Assembly (NCBI GenBank): GCA_002269645.1
Contig: NIVC01000012.1
Span: 1,612,001 to 1,676,000, forward strand
Direction: 5' to 3'
DNA: 64,000 bases
Source of the DNA: Macrostomum lignano
Lineage: Eukaryota
The notes under the pieces were generated by a model. The model was not told the origin of the DNA, made no database searches, and saw only the letters and a program-made list of their open reading frames with translations. This document shows, piece after piece, positions 1-14,540 of the stretch. The translations under genes were made by a program, and so were the position numbers. Positions within the stretch are counted from its first letter, which is position 1. The number at the start of each line of letters is the position of its first letter.

Positions 1-1450
1 TGCCATCACTTTTTGACAACCTTGTAGGCTGGTCTTTGATGCCATAAGGATTTAAAATTCTAAAATGCAAAAATAATGGTTGCTGGAATGGTTGCTACAA
101 TTGTGTGACATGACAGTGAACAGGTATGTGCCGAACCCAAATTCGTAAACTAGGGACCAGAAAAGTACTTAAGGGCAATAAAATTTGGGCAATCAACATA
201 TAGTGTTTCTTTCATTCAAAGTAAAAGACACAAAAAGTGAATATTTCGCAAGAAAAGTGGCTGCTGATCCAAAATCTGAGTTGGCACAGTTGTGCCAGCT
301 TGAAATCTATATTCTAGACAAAGGAAACCAAGTGTGCCATAAACCACATTGCATTTGTCTGCAATATTTTAGATACTGTCACCTATTTTGTTATGCCACA
401 GGCAATGAAATGTCCCTATCTACAGTGTGAGTTTTACCAAACCTAATTCAATAGTTACTGCCAGTGGTACAATTAGGCAAGACTGGTTTGGCCATGTAGC
501 ATGCCCATTTTCTAGTTCAGTTGCGCCCTGTTGCTTGGCAAAGAAGTTGGGAAAGTTTAGGAAGCGAACCAGAATTCAGTATGCTCAAGTCTATTGCAGT
601 GAAATAAACTGCCTAGCCACATTCATTGTGGAAGCTAAAGACAAAACCATGATGTCATGGGAGCTGCGGACTACAACTGCACTGCTAGAAAGCCATCCTG
701 CAGTTCAAACTTGACCACTCACTGGCAAATAGCAATATGAGTTTGTCAGAAAGACATTGTCTTCTAATGCATACAGGGTTGCAAATGCAATTGCTGCCAA
801 GGAAATCTCTCAGCCAGGTGCCTTCTACTGAAGCCTTTGCATTGGTGCTTTTCGCTTGTGCAGAGCTGAGTTGGGAATTCCAGATTCCGATGACTTGCTT
901 GAGCTGCAACAACTCAAACAGACACAACAGACAGCATATATTTGGAGTACTATTGTTAACAAGGGACATTAGTCCTGAGAGTAATGTCTTCTTTCATCGA
1001 GCCAAATAAAATCCATACAATGAATTGGTATTAATCTATGTTATTTTATTGACTGTGGCATAACAAAATAGGTGACAGCATCTAAAATATTGCAGACAAA
1101 TGCAATGTGGTTTATGGCACACTTGGTTTCCTTTGTCTAGAATATAGATTTCAAGCTGGCACAACTGTGCCACTCTGATTTTGGATCAGCAGCCACTTTT
1201 CTTGCGAAATATTCACTTTTTGTGTCTTTTACTTTGAATGAAAGAAACACTATATGTTGATTGCCCAAATTTTATTGCCCTTAAGTACTTTTCTGGTCCC
1301 TAGTTTACGAATTTGGGATTGGCTCATACCTGTTCACTGTCATGTCACAATTGTAGCAACCATTCCAGCAACCGGTATTTTTGCATTTCAGAATTATAAA
1401 TCCTTATAGCATCAAAAGCCAGCCTACAAGATTGTCAAAAAGTGATGGCA
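1..1450. mobile_element. Non-autonomous foldback/MITE-like DNA element with ~400-bp terminal inverted repeats (may extend left of the window)
   Basis: 1..~409 is the reverse complement of ~1045..1450 with scattered mismatches (tgccatcactttttgacaa vs ttgtcaaaaagtgatggca). The ~640-bp interior has no recognisable transposase ORF. Confidence 0.8.
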
Positions 1451-2564
1451 CACACATAACTGGCAACTATTTATGTTATTTAACTATTTCTAGAGATGGC
1501 AGAGTCAATTGAAAAAATCAGTAGCTAGAGTGGATGCTGTGGATCTATAAATTCCAACTTCAACTAAAACACAAGTTTATTTAGCTTAGTTGGCAAAAGT
1601 TGCTGCCTTTTTCAATAAAAGAATGTTCTAATATAGTTTCTAGTCCTTTGGTATTATTTTTAGAAGTTTATACAAATGAGTGACATTATTTATTGTCTTA
1701 TATTTTTGCAATGCATCATCCTATAGGCTATTTATTTATGCTTTGTTTCTTTGGTTACCTTTCTATTCTAAGTATCCAGTTTCCAATAAAGAAAAATATG
1801 TTATATACTATTTAAAGCAAATATTTATTTTGCTATATTTTATGCATTAAAGCAAGTGAGATACAAAGAAAAAAAAGCAAAAAAAAATGTATATGTATAT
1901 AAATTCCATGCTATATTTGTAATCTACTATGGATAATATATTATTGCTTTCCCTAATAAAATCTATATTTTTAATAGATGAATTTAACAATTTATAATAA
2001 TATGTAAAGCTATTATATATAAGTTAAATAAAAATAAAAAACAGATTTAATCAAAAATTTTGTGTCTATAATAATCTTTGATATTGCCAATATAAGCAAA
2101 ATTTCAAGTTGTTTGTCATCTTAAAGATCTTTATTTATAGAACAGTTTTCAAAGTTTAATTTTATTTAATATAAACAAGGTTAAATGTAAAAAAAATGAA
2201 TGCACTATCAAATATTTCAAGACTGTCCAAGCTAGTATAATATGGGCTATTGTTATCACTTTTAGTGTATTAAAGTAGACAATATAATCTTTAGTATTTA
2301 AGCATCCTGGGGCATAATTGGGCATCCAAGTTGAAACTCTAGATGCAAAATTGAAAACTGGGATACCACTTGGCATTAGTTCAACACTTCTGTTAATCAG
2401 ATAAAATACTAGCATCTCTGCCTTATCCTATCTATACACTGCTAAGCCTTTTACAAGGACCATGTTAGCACATAACAACTTAAAGGTTAGATTAATAAAA
2501 TGGGGACTAAGGTATAGTTCTAGCCTATTTGCTTTTGATATATCTTATTTCAAACTAACAGAGT

Positions 2565-3390
2565 TAATATAGCTTTTTGCAACCCATTTAGGCTTACACA
2601 CATTGAATTCAATCCAATATATGTTTGGCAATGCAACATAGCTTTTGTCTATGGTAGCAAGGCTGGTACAGCAGCATTTTATTTGGTCCAACAAGCATCA
2701 ATTTGGCTCATAGCTTCATTTGCAACTGCAGTAGAGAAGCGAAATCAGTCCCAGAATTGTGGACCATATGCTGGACTGTCAAATGAATGCCATTGACTTG
2801 TGATAGAAGAACTCAACAGAGGTAAACAGCCAAAGTACATTGCAAGGCTGCTGAATGTAAAAGAAAATATTGTTTACAGCATCCACCAGCGCGTTGAAAC
2901 CACTGCCGAGTGCCCCTCGAAAATTGTTAGTAGAGACGCTGACACTCTAGCGATAGGCAATAATCTGCAGACAGTTGCGAGAAGGCAAGAGTTTGTCAAA
3001 TGGCTCACGAGCATTTGGACCAAATTGATGCTTGTTGGACCAAATTAAATGCCGCTGTGCCAGCCTTGCTACCATAGACAAAAGCTTCAGTACATTGTTG
3101 TATAAGTTCTTTCCGTTTCTTCCCTTCTTTGGCCCGAATTCCTTGGCAGAGGGCTCGTTTCTTGGCCAAGGCGAAGCCAGGGACTTTAGGCCATAGACAG
3201 AAAGAAACGGAAAGAATATATTTCTTCCAACTTGGACCGGGTCAAAGAAATGATTGGCCCGGCCAAAGATATGAAATAAGCATTGAACCATAGATAGACA
3301 CGGCCCAGCCAAGTGCGGAAGAAAAACGTATTTCGGATTAATTCAGTGCGCGTAGGCCCAAATGGGCTGCAAAAGGAAAAAGCTATATTG
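2565..3390. mobile_element. Decayed inverted-repeat element relic
   Basis: 2640..2707 is the reverse complement of ~3019..3087, and ~2565..2620 matches the reverse complement of ~3330..3390. The interior ORF 2800..3048 begins with a weak HTH-like pattern (IEELNRGKQPKYIARLLNVKENIVYSIH). Confidence 0.45.
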
Positions 3391-4695
3391 TAGTACGCTC
3401 GTACATTAACATTTTTCTAAGAATTTTCTTTTGATATATATTTTTTCAACTGTTATATGCCTTCTATATTACTAAGTAGTATTGCAGCGAATGTTTCCCA
3501 TGAATTTTAATAAAATTTGCTTCACACTCGATTGTCATTTATTTCCCAATTCTAAAAGCAAGTTATTTATCTTGCAACAGAAAATTGCATATTTCGTTAT
3601 CAATAAATTCGTACTGAAAATGCATTATATTAATTGAAAAAAAATTCTGTCTAAGTCTCCTGCATCGTATTTTATTAATCCAACCAGCGAGCTGCGGGAG
3701 ACTGCAATGCTGCCACACCCAGTTTCTGCCCACTCGAATTTTCCTGAAATATAATCAAAGTCAAAAGCAGCTCAAGCCGGCAGTCCCTCGGGAGGGCAGA
3801 CCAGCTCAGCTAAGCCTTGGGGAAGGGGGAATAAATAAGGATTTTTTTAAGCCAGGCAGATGCTCTCCGGATCCTATCGTCGTTTGTATTGAATTTAAAT
3901 TCAAAATAAGTATCTGAGCGACCCAGACTTGAGCCTTCTCATATATATGTATTATAATAATCCAATGTAAGGGAGCCTCAAGTTCTGATTTTAGACTCTT
4001 AAATCATTATTCTTGCTCCCAGTCTGTACAGTCCTTGATCCGCATTCCTAACCCTTTGGTCTGGGATGGGAATTATAGCGCTAAGCTTGTTAAACTGCTC
4101 AAGAAGCCCTGTCTGAATGCTCCTCCTACTTATTTTATTTCTCATTTCGTCTTTCTCTCTCTCTCTCTGCCAAACACAATCCTGTCCTCCTGTTATCCTC
4201 ATCAGCATTCAGCCGTGCTCTAATCCGTTATCCTGCTACCTTACTTTGGTTGAAGTAGACAGACCAGCTTCTCATCACCCGCCTTGCCTTGCCTTAATCC
4301 CCGAATAGGTTTGGTCATGTGTTGCGACTCTGTGATTCTCTATTGCTGGTAATTGCTTTGTCTGGTATTTCCTTTCTGCTTTGATGAGGAGGTAGCTTTT
4401 TAGACCTTCTTAAGCTAGGAACTGGTTAGAGCTTTTTTCCTCAACAAAGAAAAGCAATCTCATTTAGAAAGAAGGGAGATACTGAATTCTAAGCTATTTT
4501 TAGGCATGCAGTTTGTGCATTATCCTAATTATGGAGCAGCAGAATTCATTTTCACCATGGTTTTTCGCTATAATAATTGGTTTACTTCACGAGCATCAGA
4601 CTCCAAACCTATGCATTCATGATCCTCTCTCTGTCTAGCAGACTGATTTAAATGTATGGGATGGTCCTTCTCGCAGGGAAGGGCCACTCCAGCCA

Positions 4696-5559
4696 ATGAT
4701 TGCTTTGAAGAAGGTTGCCTTGAAGACGGTCGCCTTAAAGATGGTTGCCTTGAGGATTTTTGCCTTGAAGATGGTTGCCTTGATGACGGTTGCTAGCAGG
4801 ATGGTTGCCTTGATGATGGTTGCTAGGAGAATGGTTGCCTTAAAGATGGTTGCCTTGATGATGGTTGCTAGGAGAATGGTTGCCTTAAAGATGGTTGCCT
4901 TGATGGTGGTTGCCTTGAGGATTGTTGCCTTGAAGATGGTTGCTAGGAGAATGGTTGCCTTGAAGATAGTTGTTAGGAAGATGGTTGCTAGGAGGATGGT
5001 TACCTTGATGACGGTTGCTAGGATGGTTACCTTGATGATGGTTGCTAGCAGGATGGTTGACTTGAAGACGGTCGCCTTGATGATGGTTGCCTTCAAGATG
5101 GTTACCTTGATGACGGTTGCTAGCAGGATGGTTGCCTTGAAGATAGTTGCTAGGAGAATAGTTGCCTTGAAGATGGTTGCCTTGAAGATGGTTACCTTGA
5201 TGACGGTTGCTAGCAGGATGGTTGTCTTGAAGATGGTTGCTAGGAGAATAGTTGCCTTGAAGATGGTTGCCTTGAAGAAGGTTGCCTTGAAGATGGTTGC
5301 CTTGAAGATGGTTGCTAGGAGAATGGTTGCCTTGAAGATAGTTGTTAGGAAGATGGTTGCTAGGATGGTTACCTTGATGACGGTTGCTAGGATGATGGTT
5401 ACCTTGATGATGGTTGCTAGGAGGATGGTTGCCTTGAAGATGGTTGCTAGGAAGATGGTTGCAAGGAAGATGGTTGCAAGGAAGATGGTTGCTAGGAAGA
5501 TGGTTGCCTTGAAGAAGGCTGCCTTGAAGGTGGTTGCCTTGAAGATGGATGCCTTGAAG
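4696..5559 (-). repeat. 15-bp minisatellite (GAAGATGGTTGCCTT)n, more diverged; inverted relative to 7020..9330
   Basis: Direct inspection; the monomer is the reverse complement of AAGGCAACCATCTTC. Confidence 0.95.
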
Positions 5560-6379
5560 TGGCCGTCTCAGAGGCTAGACTGTAGCTTTTGCTGCTCTTA
5601 AGAATTGGTAGCAGCAGCCAGTGTTTGTGACCCTAACCTTGGGGGTTTTCGGGGTCTCTTAGACGGCTACTAAATACATTAGCGAGTGCTGGAGTGCCAC
5701 ATTTAGAATCTGTGGTCCTCTCTGCGCCATTCTTAACTTCCAGCGCCTTCCTGCTGTAGCCCAAATTGCTGTATCCCACGCCAGGCTGCTGACAGCCACG
5801 CACCAATTTGATCGAAGAAAAAACCAAATCAAGCACAGTAAAGTCTGTTTGTAATCATAGGCTTTAATTTTGCTGTATCCTCGAGGCTTAACGTCCAGCA
5901 TAAATAGCAGTTTGTGAGAACAAAATCGATGCCTTTAAATTAAGCGCATGAGTTATACGCCTAACAGACTAACCTGTATTGTGATTGTGAATGAATGATG
6001 CACTTTAGCTATCTAGTGTGTTGACTAATTGTAGTATTCAACAGTCTGGATTCTCTTTACCTTGGTTGGGTCTGATTTAGTCTTTTCTATACAATTCCAC
6101 TTTGTCTAATGAGCATCTTAGGCTTCTTAGCTTGAGGAAGAAAATCCTAATCTAGGACTACACGCCAAGTGTATCAGTAACCAGATCTGACCAGATCAAT
6201 GACGTGCATTTCCTTATTGAATGCGTGCCCAGCTTCTTCTTTGACCCTAATCTGTTCAACATTGGAGCTACCAAAGAGGAACATCCGCCTTCGACATATT
6301 TCGCTGCAACCCAAAAGAAGAGATGAAAGAGATTTTTCTACTAGAGTTAGAAAATGACAAAAGGTTCACCTGTCGTTAA

Positions 6380-6858
<479 letters not shown>

Positions 6859-7019
6859 TAATATTGCATGATTTGAACAATTCTTAGCATTTGATAAGCC
6901 TGGGCACTTCAATGTACACATCTCTCTTAACGCCATCCTTATTGAAGGTTGCTTTCCAAACAGGTAGACAAGAACTCTTGAAGGCACCTTTATTAAAGGC
7001 TATCAGCAACACTTTTCAA

Positions 7020-9330
7020 AGCAACCATCCTCAAGGCAACTATCTTCAAAGCAACCATCTTCAAGGCAACCATCTTCAAGGCAACCATCTTCAAGGCAAC
7101 CATCTTCAAGGCAATCTTCTTCAAGGCAACCTTCTTCAAACCAACCATCTTCAAGGCAATCTTCTTCAAGGCAATCTTCTTCAAAGCAACCATCTTCAAG
7201 GCAATCTTCTTCAAGGCAACCATCTTCAAGGCAACCATCTTCAAGGCAACCATCTTCAAGGTAACCATCTTCAAGGCAACCATCTTCAAGGTAACCATCT
7301 TCAAGGCAACCATCTTCAAGGCAACTATCTTCAAGGCAACCATCTTCAAAGCAACCATCTTCAAGGCAATCTTCTTCAAGGCAACCATCTTCAAGGCAAC
7401 CATCTTCAAGGCAACCATCTTCAAGGTAACCATCTTCAAGGCAACCATCTTCAAGGTAACCATCTTCAAGGCAACCATCTTCAAAGCAACCATCTTCAAG
7501 GCAATCTTCTTCAAGGTAACCATCTTCAAAGCAACCATCTTCAAGGCAACTATCTTCAAGGCAACCATCTTCAAACCAACCATCTTCAAGGCAACCATCT
7601 TCAAAGCAACCATCTTCAAAGCAACCATCTTCAAGGCAACCATCTTCAAGGCAACCATCTTCAAAGCAACCATCTTCAAGGCAACCATCTTCAAGGCAAC
7701 CATCTTCAAGGCAATTTTCTTCAAGGCAACCATCTTCAAGGCAACCATCTTCAAAGCAACCATCTTCAAAGCAACCATCTTCAAGGCAACCATCTTCAAG
7801 GCAACCATCTTCAAGGCAACCATCTTCAAAGCAACCATCTTCAAGGCAACCATCTTCAAGGCAACCATCTTCAAAGCAACCATCTTCAAGGCAACCATCT
7901 TCAAGGCAACCATCTTCAAGGCAACCATCTTCAAGGCAACCATCTTCAAGGCAACCATCTTCAAGGCAACCATCTTCAAAGCAACCATCTTCAAAGCAAC
8001 CATCTTCAAGGCAACCATCTTCAAGGCAACCATCTTCAAGGCAATCTTCTTCAAGGCAACCATCTTCAAAGCAACCATCTTCAAAGCAACCATCTTCAAG
8101 GCAACCATCTTCAAGGCAACCATCTTCAAGGCAACCATCTTCAAGGCAACCATCTTCAAGGCAATCTTCTTCAAGGCAACCATCTTCAAGGCAACCTTCT
8201 TCAAACCAACCATCTTCAAGGCAATCTTCTTCAAGGCAATCTTCTTCAAAGCAACCATCTTCAAAGCATCCATCTTCAAGGCAACCATCTTCAAGGCAAC
8301 CATCTTCAAGGCAACCATCTTCTAGGCAACCATCTTCAAGGCAACCATCTTCAAGGCAACCATCTTCAAGGCAATTTTCTTCTAGGCAACCATCTTCAAG
8401 GTAACCATCTTCAAGGCAACCATCTTCAAGGCAACCATCTTCAAGGCAACTATCTTCAAGGCAACCATCTTCAAGGTAACCATCTTCAAGGCAACCATCT
8501 TCAAGGTAACCATCTTCAAAGCAACCATCTTCAAGGCAACTATCTTCAAGGCAACCATCTTCAAACCAACCATCTTCAAGGCAACCATCTTCAAGGCAAC
8601 CATCTTCAAGGCAACCATCTTCAAGGCAACCATCTTCAAGGTAACCATCTTCAAGGTAACCATCTTCAAGGTAACCATCTTCAAAGCAACCATCTTCAAG
8701 GCAACCATCTTCAAGGCAACCATCTTCAAGGCAACCATCTTCAAGGCAACCATCTTCAAGGTAACCATCTTCAAAGCAACCATCTTCAAGGCAACCATCT
8801 TCAAGGTAACCATCTTCAAGGTAACCATCTTCAAGGTAACCATCTTCAAGGCAACCATCTTCAAGGCAACCATCTTCAAGGCAACCATCTTCAAGGCAAC
8901 CATCTTCAAGGCAACCATCTTCAAGGCAACCATCTTCAAGGCAACCATCTTCAAGGCAACCATCTTCAAGGTAACCATCTTCAAAGCCACCATCTTCAAG
9001 GCAACCATCTTCAAGGTAACCATCTTCAAGGTAACCATCTTCAAAGCAACCATCTTCAAGGCAACCATCTTCAAGGCAACCATCTTAAAGGCAACCATCT
9101 TCAAGGCAACCATCTTCAAGGCAACCATCTTCAAGGCAACCATCTTCAAGGCAACCATCTTCAAGGCAACCATCTTCAAGGCAACCATCTTCAAGGCAAC
9201 CATCTTCAAGGCAACCATCTTCAAGGCAACCATCTTCAAGGCAACCATCTTAAAGGCAATCTTCTTAAAGGTAACCATCTTCAAGGCAACCATCTTCAAA
9301 CCAACCATCTTCAAGGCAACCATCTTCAAG
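7020..9330 (+). repeat. 15-bp minisatellite (AAGGCAACCATCTTC)n, about 150 copies
   Basis: Direct inspection; it generates the GNHLQ and MVALK repeat ORFs. Confidence 0.97.
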
Positions 9331-9488
9331 ACAACTCCATTCTAGTTAGTCTTTCACAAGGGGCAATTCCGACCTCTCCTGTACCAAACCACGTGTACTT
9401 TTAAAAAAATGCTGCTTTTTTATCGTACTCGTAGCTACTCTTTTTAACATTGGTTATCGGGCTTAGTGTTTGAACATGGCATATCTAG

Positions 9489-12180
9489 GACTATTGTCTG
9501 GTTGATGATAATCAGATCAATCCAATATGGACGCATATTAAATCCGCATGCCAGGTAATAATCTATCCGGCCAGTCTAGCCCGCATCGCGGCCGCCTCGG
9601 ACGGTTTCATCTGGCAGCCGGCCAACAGCCGCGGCCGGGTGTCACTGAAAATTCGCGGCCAAGAAGTGATCAGCGCTTGTTACACCAGCTCCGCCCTGCT
9701 GCCCACGTTCCAGCGCAGGGAGTATCGCCTGCAGCAGCTGCCTGATTTAGTTCTGTTCCACTATTTGAATGCGCCAAAGTTTACCAAAGAAGACCGTCTC
9801 TGCTTGCCGTTGCCGTCGGTGCCGCCGGATCGGTTGGAGCATTTGACGCCGGACGATGTGCGCTCCGAAGTTGCGCCGATGTTGGAGAACTTCGTCACCA
9901 GGCTGAATCCGCACAGTTCATTGTCGGCTAGCGACTGCAATGCCGAGGCGTTCGCATCGCTTCTGTGCGCCACGGTCATGGCCGTGAAAGCCAACGCTCC
10001 GTTGCCTTGCCTTGCCGACGATTCGCCGTTTGTGTTTTCGCTCAACGCTAATAGTTCCAGGCCGTTGACTTCGCCGCTTCGTAGACTGGCTCCGGCGGCG
10101 GAGAAGCGGCTACCTTCGACACCTTTGCAGCCGCCTCCGCCTCCTCCTCCGCCTTTGATCATCACGGTGGCTCCGCCGCAGCCCGTTAACTCCATCTGTC
10201 AATCAACCGCGTCAATAACTCCAGCCTCTTCCTTGGCTAGTAACACGGAAATGAGTAATAGTACAAGTAATCTTAGCCAGCAACATCTTCATCAACCAGC
10301 AACAGCAGATGACGATGATTTCTATGGCGATTTTTTCTGTCAGACAACAACTGCCGAGCTTAATAATGGTCAGAATCAGGCTACTGACGGTATCGCTGAC
10401 AGTGCTGAGGACGAGGTCGTGGCTAATGTTGTCGGCTCCATACCGGATCTATCCAATCAGGATTTCGATTTGGAATCTCTGCTAGCCGAAGCCGACAACA
10501 GTTTGTCAGCCTGCTTTGGTGGCGTTAATCCGCCGCCTTTTAAACTGGCCCGAACTCATTCGCCAATCATGCCGCCTCCGCCGCCGCCTCCGCCGCCTCC
10601 ATCGGTTGAATTTGAATTGGCGCCAAGCACCGCTCCGTGCGAAGGCGGCGCCCAGCTGTTGCTGGCTGGCTCGGCTTGGCAAACGGCAGCTCCGGCTATT
10701 GCTAATGCGGATAGTTATTACACCGTAGCTTTTCATCTGTCAGCTGAGTCGGACGAGGACGCTGGCCTTCCTAACAGTCATCGAAGTGATTGTTCTTCGC
10801 TGGCACCGCCTGCGGCTATAGTTGAGGCCAGACTGATCCAACCCGGCGTGCTGACTTGCCAGACTCCTCGACTTCCGCCTGGCGACAATTGGCAGCTGAC
10901 TGTTCGCGGCGGCGGCGGTGGTGGCGCTAGACAGTTGGCGCCGGCGCGACCTTTCCGTATCCTGCCAGCGGCGCCGGGAGCATCCGCTCTGTCGACTGGC
11001 AGCAATGCTAGTTCTGCGACGCTTCATCATTCTGCGTCAGCCACGACAAAGTCGTCGTCAGCTGGGCCAGTTGAAGACGACAATGACCCGGAATTGGACG
11101 ACGCTTGGCTAGACGCGGACACGTCCAGATTGCGTTTAGCCGTAGTTGAAAAACTCCTGTACCTGGAAGCCTCCGTAGTTGCTTCGTCGGACGATGCCAG
11201 AATTGATCTGTGCGGCGCAGACTCGCCATCGGCTGTCGACGTGTTTGAATTGGCCTGCTGTGCTGCCGTGTCCGAGCTGGCCTCCCGAGTGTGGGCTGCC
11301 GACTTGCGCAAACCTCTGGCTCCGAGCTATCGAGGCCTGTCTCTGCTGCACCTGGCAGCCGCTCTGGGCTACACTCGGTTGATCGAAGCTCTGGCCCGTT
11401 GGCGCGATCGTTCGCCTTCGCTGCTACTCGAACTCGAAGTTGACGGTCTCCGAATGGACGGCCGAGCTTGCACGCCGTTGTCTTGGTCGGCGGCCAGAGG
11501 CCACGCCGCGGCGTCGGCCAGGCTGATTCGAATGCAGCCGCAGTCGGCCAGGGTGTGCAACGCGTCCGGCTATTTCCCAGCTCAGGAGGCCGAGAGGCGA
11601 GGTCACGCCTTGGTTGCTAAGGAACTGCGGGCCAACTTTGCTCCGCCTGCATTTGTCAGGCAGCAGCAGCAGCAGCAGCAGCAGACTGTCCCTCCGTCGC
11701 CTGCGGTGTCTTCTCAACAACAGTGTCAGGTGCAGCAACAGCAGCAACAACAGGAAACTGGAGGAGGCCGCGACTCGCCACTAGTCGATGTGGAAGCTCT
11801 GTCAAGCGACGAGGATAGCGATAGAAGCGGAGAGGACGGCGGACCTGGCGGTGGTGCCTGTTCGAATGCCAAGCCAACGGACGAGAATCACTCGCACATG
11901 GTGTCGCTGGCCAAGCAGATTATCCAGGCAATGCCGCGCAGGATTAAGCTAAGCCCGAGTCCGGATGACTTACTGCTGGGCGCCTCGGCTGCCACGGCTA
12001 ATTTGAATGCTGTTGGCGCAGCGGCAGCATCAGCCACAGCAGGGGTTGGCGATCACCAGTCAGTGGCGTCTAGGCGCGATCGGTCCAGCTCGCATTCGAG
12101 CAGCTCCCTGCTGTCCGCCTGCGCTTTGACTGGCGGCGGCGGCTTTGGCGGAGCTTCGTCTAGCGCTGGGACATCCGGCG
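9489..12180 (+). CDS. CAMTA: Calmodulin-binding transcription activator, large exon (divergent CG-1, TIG/IPT, ankyrin repeats)
   Basis: [42 protein letters not shown] matches the CG-1 C-terminal half. [14 protein letters not shown] matches [18 protein letters not shown]...LELEVD...[12 protein letters not shown] matches the ankyrin region, and [18 protein letters not shown] is a conserved CAMTA segment. The frame is open from AG|GAC at 9489 to donor G|GTAGGA at 12181 (phase 1). No in-frame ATG precedes CG-1. Confidence 0.93.
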
Positions 12181-12219
12181 GTAGGAATTACTGGCCTGCT
12201 GTTCGATGCCACCTTTAAG

Positions 12220-13210
12220 TCCCGAAGAATGACTCCCAGCGCCCTCCCACCAAATCCTAGCAAATGACCCCCAGTGACCTCCTCCCAAATCCCCAAGAAT
12301 GACTCCCAGCGCCCTCCCACCAACTCCTAGCAAATGACCCCCAGTGTCCTCCTCCCAAATCCCCAAGAATGACTCCCAGCGCCCTCCCACCAAATCCTAG
12401 CAAATGACCCCCAGTGTCCTCCTCCCAAATCCCCAAGAATGACTCCCAGTGCCCGCTTCCAAATCCCCAAGAATGAGTCCCAGTCCCCAAATCCAAATCC
12501 CCAAGAATGACTCCCAGTGCCCTCCTTCCAAATCCCCAAGAATGAGTCCCAGTGCCCCCTTCCAAATCCCCAAGAATGAGTCCCAGTGCCCCCTTCCAAA
12601 TCCCCAAGAATGAGTCCCAGTGCCCCCTTCCAAATCCCCAAGAATGAGTCCCAGTGCCCCCTTCCAAATCCCCAAGAATGACCCCCAGTGTCCTCCCAAA
12701 CCCCCAAGAATGACCCCCAGTGTCCTCCTCCCAAACCCCCAAGAATGACCCCCAGTGTCCTCATTCCAAAACCCCAAGAATGACCCCCAGTGCCCTCCTT
12801 CCAAATCCTCAAGAATGACCCCCAGTGTCCTCCTCCCAAATCCCCAAGAATGACTCCCAGTGCCCCCCTTCCAAATCTCCAAGAATGACTCCCTGTGCCC
12901 CCCTTTCAAATCTCAAGAATGACTCCCAGTGCTCCTCTTCCAAATTCCCAAGAATGACTCCCAGTGCCCTTCCAAATCCCAAAGAATGACTCCTTATTCT
13001 TAGTACACCCCAGTGCCCCCCCTAAGGTACACAATGTCCCCAGTGCCCCGACTACAGAGAATGATTCTAGTGCCCCCCCCCCAAGTACACAGAATGACCC
13101 TAGTGCCACTCTTCGAGTCCTCAAGAATGACCCCAGAGCCCCCTTCGAGTCCTCAAAAATGACCCCAGTGCCCTTTTGATTCCGAAAGAATGACCCCCCA
13201 GTGCCCCTTT
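12220..13210 (+). repeat. Intronic ~34-bp minisatellite (AATGA[C/G]TCCCAGTGCCCCCTTCCAAATCCCCAAG) filling the CAMTA intron
   Basis: Direct inspection; lies within intron 12181..13274. Confidence 0.92.
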
Positions 13211-13248
13211 AAGCCACCAAAAATGCCCCGCTTCATTCCAAACCGTAG

Positions 13249-13933
<685 letters not shown>

Positions 13934-14058
13934 GTTCAATAATACATTTTGTTCGTGCGAGTTAGTGAGTTTTGCAAGTATAGATTTAATATGGTACAAG
14001 AAGGCTGCTTATATTTTGGTAGATTTAGTCATCTTTTCACTATTGGTAAACTAGCTAT

Positions 14059-14540
14059 CTAGTACAGGTAGATTCTAATCTAGTACAGGTAGATTCTAAT
14101 CTAGTACAGGTAGATTCTAATCTAGTGCAGGTATATTTCAATCTAGTACAGGTAGATTCTAATCTAGTACAGGTAGATTCTAATCAAGTACAGGTAGATT
14201 CTAATCTAGTACAGGTAGATTCTAATCTAGTACAGGTAGATTCTAATCTAGTACAGGTAGATTCTAATCTAGTACAGGTAGATTCTAATCTAGTACAGGT
14301 AGATTCTAATCTAGTACAGGTAGATTCTAATCTAGTACAGGTAGATTCTAATCTAGTACAGGTAGATTCTAATCTAGTACAGGTAGATTCTAATCTAGTA
14401 CAGGTAGATTCTAATCTAGTACAGGTAGATTCTAATCTAGTACAGGTAGATTCTAATCTAGTACAGGTAGATTCTAATCTAGTACAGGTAGATTCTAATC
14501 TAGTACAGGTAGATTCTAATCTAGTACAGGTATATTTCAA
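14059..14540 (+). repeat. 21-bp minisatellite (CTAGTACAGGTAGATTCTAAT)n, nearly homogeneous
   Basis: Direct inspection; starts ~125 bp after the CAMTA stop. Confidence 0.97.

Noticed and set aside
2149-2415. Hydrophobic ORF suggestive of a membrane protein
   Set aside because: AT-rich composition explains the hydrophobicity; no family motif or splice support.
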